Assembly (NCBI RefSeq): GCF_018350175.1
Contig: NC_058383.1
Location: 10,418,001 to 10,482,000 of the forward strand
From: Felis catus
Lineage: Eukaryota
Direction: 5' to 3'
DNA: 64,000 nucleotides
The position numbers were made by a program, and so were the translations under genes. Of the stretch, positions 38,186-64,000 are shown piece by piece; position 1 is the first letter of the stretch; each line of letters opens with the position of its first letter. The notes beneath the pieces are model-generated. The model was not told where the DNA came from. It made no database searches and worked only from the letters and a program-made list of their open reading frames with translations.

Positions 38186-41100
38186 GGGGCAGGTTCTGGC
38201 CTTAATGTCTGCAGCTGGGTGGGTCTCTCCGATGAGCGGGGATAGATCAGGCCGGGGGAAGGGGTGTTTCTTTCTACCTTGTTGCGGATTCTCTCCAGAA
38301 GTGCCTACACTCGAACCCAACCTCCCAGCCAGCATTCTGTTCCCTCCCAAACCTCACTTGGGTCCATATGAGAAATTCAGGCTCCCCTGCCCCTGTAACC
38401 TTGACCTTATTTTAACCCACGGGATTAGCTGAAAGGAGCCATACCCACAGGGAGGTGGAAATGACAGACAGCAGGGGACCCAGGCAGTAGGAGGGGGCAC
38501 AGCAGGGGTCGTGGGTCCCACTAACACCAAGCTGTCCCCAGGCTAGCTCTGCAGCAAATGCTCTCTCTTTCTCTCTTTCTCTCCCTCTGGTTCCAGGTCC
38601 CACGCAGACAGCGCATCCTATAGTCAACAGATAAAAGGACCACGTGTAGACAAGGAGAAAATAGAAACCACACCCGGACCCTGGGGGTCAGTTCACGTCA
38701 GCAGCCTCTGCCCGTATCTCCTGGAGGGCACAACTGTGCTTTTATCCCACACTCTTGGACAACAGGGGAGACAGAAATGGGCCCATCCTCAAACGACCTT
38801 CAGGGACAGCCAGACCAGAGGGGGCATAAGAGGAAGCACCAAGCCCAACCAAGAAGGCTCCCACCAAGGACCCTCAGAGAGGCTGGGGGCAGGGATGCAG
38901 AGGGCACAGACCCGCAGGGACAGAAGCTGAGACTAGGGGGCCTTGCCAACAAAGGCCCAACGTCCAGCCTTCCAGGACAAGTCTCGGAGCTAGGGTCCAG
39001 CCAGAAGGGAGGCCCGCCAAGAGGAAGGAGAGCGTCACTCGACTCTCTAGTTGAGCTGGGTCATGCAGGGCCTTGAAGGCCATACTCAGAAGTCTGGACT
39101 TTCTCTGGAAGGCGGCTGAGGGTTTCTCAGCAAAGCAATGAGAGGCTCAGAGGTGTGTGGGGCTGGCCGCTCTGGCCTTTCTAAACTGGGTGCACCTAGA
39201 AGACGTGGAAGACAGATAGAGGGGGCCTGTCAGTGACCCCCCCCTCCCCGCCCTGGGATGCCCAGCAGCGAGTGGGCAGGTGAGGCTTGTCAATGTTAAC
39301 AGCCAAGCCAAGCTCACCCAGGACGCAGCACACTATGCAGCCCCCTGTGGACAGTGCTACGTTCATGACCTTATTTAATCTGTGCAGCTATGCGGGGAGG
39401 TGGGCACAGAGCAACTGAGGACTGCTAGGTTTCTGGAATGTATGCGTGAATGAACGAACAAATGTTGGCTAATAACTGTAACCCCCAGTCCTTACATTAT
39501 GTACTGGATGCATGGGGCTAAATTGCACCGATGGGTTTGATTCTGGATTGAAGCCCCTTTCGAGGCATACGGAGCCTCGTTGGATACATTATTGGGCCTG
39601 CTATAAGTGAACACCGGATGCTAAGAAGAAGGGGGCCCCGGGTAGGGGTGGCGCACAGGGCCTGGCCCTGCGGGGAGAGGTGTGGCCCAGCAGCCCCGAG
39701 TCTATCCCTGCAAGCGCCCCTCCACACCTCTCCTGGATCTCAGGCAACAAGCACTCTCCTGCTGGCTCCAGCCTCTCTCCAGTCCTGGAATTAATAAAGA
39801 CTCTGAACAGACTGCGGTTTGCAAGTCTGAAAGCCGGTTCCTGCCCACGTCACTGCCCTGAGAAGAGTGGGGCCCATCTCCTCCCCAGCACCCCCTCCCT
39901 TCCCCCTTCCCGGGAGTTGGGGGGGGGCACGCAGATGCACCCCATAGACTCCCCTACCCACGTGCTAGCTCATCTTGGGCACTGAGCCTCAAGACCCCGG
40001 CCCCGGAGCAGCCCCTACCCCCACCAGCAAAGGCTAGTTCGGGCTCCTGACCTCTTTCAGCTACCCCAAAGCATCCCCGAATAACACGCACTGGAAGTAA
40101 GAGCCTTGTACACTTACTGTGTAGACGGCTTCAAGCCAGTTCTCCTCATGCACCCACCTTCTTCCAAACTCCGGGCGCAGCTGCTGTCTGAGACCAGGGA
40201 GAGGGAGGGATGGCCCAGGGTCCCGAGGTGGCCCAGCAGACAGCCAAACCTAACAGTCACCCTAAACACAGCAGTGGGCTTGCAGAATGGGCGATACCAA
40301 GAGTAACACTGGAGTGGTGATTCCTGCAGCAAACGAGGAGAGAGCATTTGGGATCTGGCAGGCACGGCACAGAAATATATGACCACATTTTATTTATCTT
40401 TGCAATAACCCTCCTAGGCAGGGATATTTATCACCCTCTGACGGATGACGAATCTGAAGATCTGTGAAGAGGCTACCCCGGTAGAAAGTGCTAGAGTTGG
40501 AAGTTAGCGGTAGGTTCGCCCGAGGCCAGTGCGTGGCCTTGCGAGACCTCCAGGCTGCCACAGTGCTCCTGGCTGGAGGTGGGGTCCTTTGGCTCTTTTG
40601 CTCAGAGCTGGGGTGGCCTCTCCCCCTCACTCCCCATCTGGAAACAGGGGAAAGCTCACAGAACTTGTGGCCTCGACTTTTTCCCCTCGGAGGCTCTGAT
40701 GAAGGCAAGCGTCAGTTTCCCTCTTCAATCCCCAAGCTCCCAAATTTATCCCCCACTTTCAGAGGCTGGGGAGGCATGACCTACCCCACCCCAGAAAAAT
40801 CCCCAAGGTCCTCATCCTGTGTCAGGCAGGCTGGGACCACCTGAGTCCTTCTGGAAATGCTGGTCGCGGCTGTTTTGGCGCAGGGCTGCCCCCTCCTGGC
40901 CACCAGAGGAATGTCAGCCCCCCGGGCGTTCTCCCCGGGGCCTGGGGAGAACAGGCAGTCTGGGGACTCTGAGTCTGGTCTGCATGCTAACAGCGCTCAG
41001 CGTTGAGACAGATAGGGGCTGGGTGATAAAAGGGGCGCTGGGCCACCTGTCAGTGTGGGTGAGGTCCCCAACTCCCCGGTCCCCCATAGAGCACCTGGGG

Positions 41101-41559
41101 ACCCTACCTGAACTTCACCAGACACCGTGGCCTACACAGGCCTGCGTGTGGGACTGTGACCTTGATCTGTGACGAATGGAATCCCTGTGGTGTGTCAGGA
41201 TCCCCCACATGTCCCTCAGATGTCCCAGGGGACAACACCAGCATGGTCTTCGTTCCCGGGAGGCCATTCCCCTGGTGCAGCCCGTCTGCTCTCGCAGATA
41301 CGGATCCCGGACCTGTGCAGCACCCCTTCCCCAGCGGCCAGGCAGGGGAGTGTGCCCTTACCCAATAAGAGTGGAGCCCTATAATGTGTCAGGGTCCTCC
41401 TTCCTTTCTCCAGATGCCCCGGGGGACAGCGATCTCACCTTCCAGGCCATTGTGCTCATAACCCCTCAACCTCTGGAGACCTGGGCCCCAGGCCTCGGAC
41501 CCCAGACCTGCCCAACACCCACCTCCCCAGCTTTGGGCAGGGACTGTCTCTGACCAGAC

Positions 41560-41839
41560 CTGGGGGTGTTGAGGGGAGTCTGGAGGGCCAGGGTGGAGAC
41601 AGAGGCGCGGGACAGCTGGCCTGTGTCCCCACACTGGGCCCGGGGCCCAGCCGGAGGGGCGGGGGCCTGGCCACTCGGGCCTTGGCTGGGGCCGGATTTT
41701 TGGCTGGGCTGCAGGGCCCTCCCTCCCGCTTCCTCTCCCGAGGGCTGTCCTGGCAGAGGCCCCCCTCGCACTTTCTGGCGGGAACAGGGCCAGCAGTGAG
41801 GGAACAGCTACAGAGGGAAAGCAGGAGAGAGATGAAGGA

Positions 41840-41880
<41 letters not shown>

Positions 41881-42128
41881 GCGCGTGAGTGTGTTTTAAG
41901 GAAAAAAGCCCACAGTCCAGTCCAGTCAGACCCAGCCTGGGAGGCTTGTGAGCCGGGCCTTTCGTAATTGCCCCCCTCCCCGCGGCCCCCTCCCCCAGGC
42001 CTCCCCCTTCTCCCGCCCTCCCGCCCGCCCTCTCTCCCTCCCTCCTTCCCTCTCAGCCGACGAGGCAGCAATTACGCTTTGGGGATAAAACGAGGCGCAG
42101 AGAGCGGGCTGGGGCATTTCTCCCCGAG
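41560..42128 (+). promoter_or_regulatory. ELN: ELN proximal promoter and 5' UTR, GC-rich, no canonical TATA
   Basis: GC box GGGGCGGGG at 41656-41664, (TG)n at 41844-41886, C-rich tract at 41971-42056, CAAT at 42069, TATA-like ATAAAA at 42085-42090, then the ATG at 42129. Confidence 0.85.
41844..41886. repeat. (TG)n/(CG) alternating purine-pyrimidine tract in the ELN promoter
   Basis: Read directly. Confidence 0.95.
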
Positions 42129-63640
<21,512 letters not shown>

Positions 63641-64000
63641 GTAAGTGTCCCCCCCAACCCCCCATTCTGGAGCACGGCTCTCTCATGTTCCCTGTTCTAG
63701 GGTCTAGCGGGGCCCCTCCCCCCAAGGAGGCAAGTCCCCTCGGGCTATCACATCCTGGGCTTTCTCACAATCGTTGGCTTATCTGACCACTTTTAGGGGT
63801 GTGGGTGAAGTCCTGATCAGGAAAGCAAAGTGAGAGCGGGCCCTGGTGAGCCCTCCAGGACCGGGCTCCCCATCCTTCCCAAAGCCCTCGTCGCCTCCGA
63901 GTCCAGCTGGGGCCTGTCCCCCTCTGCACCTCACGCTGGGCTCACTGGACTCCCATCTCCTTGAGCTATGGCCAGTATTTCTGGCTCCCTGACCAGCACC

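Noticed and set aside
1..41500. Long six-frame ORFs upstream of ELN (e.g. 6910-7740, 8648-9481, 21798-22709, 22698-23531, 34211-35191)
   Set aside because: Pro/Gly/Arg/Ser-rich translations typical of stop-poor GC-rich DNA. They overlap on both strands, show no recognisable domain or consistent exon chain, and several run through repeats.

Overview
Mammalian genomic DNA, almost certainly from a cat-family carnivore: it carries many tRNA-derived Can-SINE/SINEC_Fc-type elements. Positions 1-41.5 kb are GC-rich intergenic sequence with about 17 SINEC copies, plus L1, L2, MIR, MaLR-LTR and hAT relics and no supportable protein-coding gene. From 42,129 to the window end lies the 5' part of the elastin gene (ELN, + strand). 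I traced 24 coding exons by hand (human-numbered 1-23 plus a 4A-type exon; about 1,579 nt, about 526 codons). Every internal exon is a multiple of 3 and every intron is phase 1. The gene continues past the window. I found no new gene or prokaryote-type system. The most interesting signals concern splicing and exon evolution: a decayed, apparently intronised tail of exon 18; a GC donor on exon 5; a near-identical 50-nt element after exons 21 and 23; mutually complementary (CCAT)n/(ATGG)n tracts bracketing exons 16-18; and a polyadenylated retro-insert with AATAAA in intron 2. Orthologue comparisons and repeat-family names are from memory and need checking.
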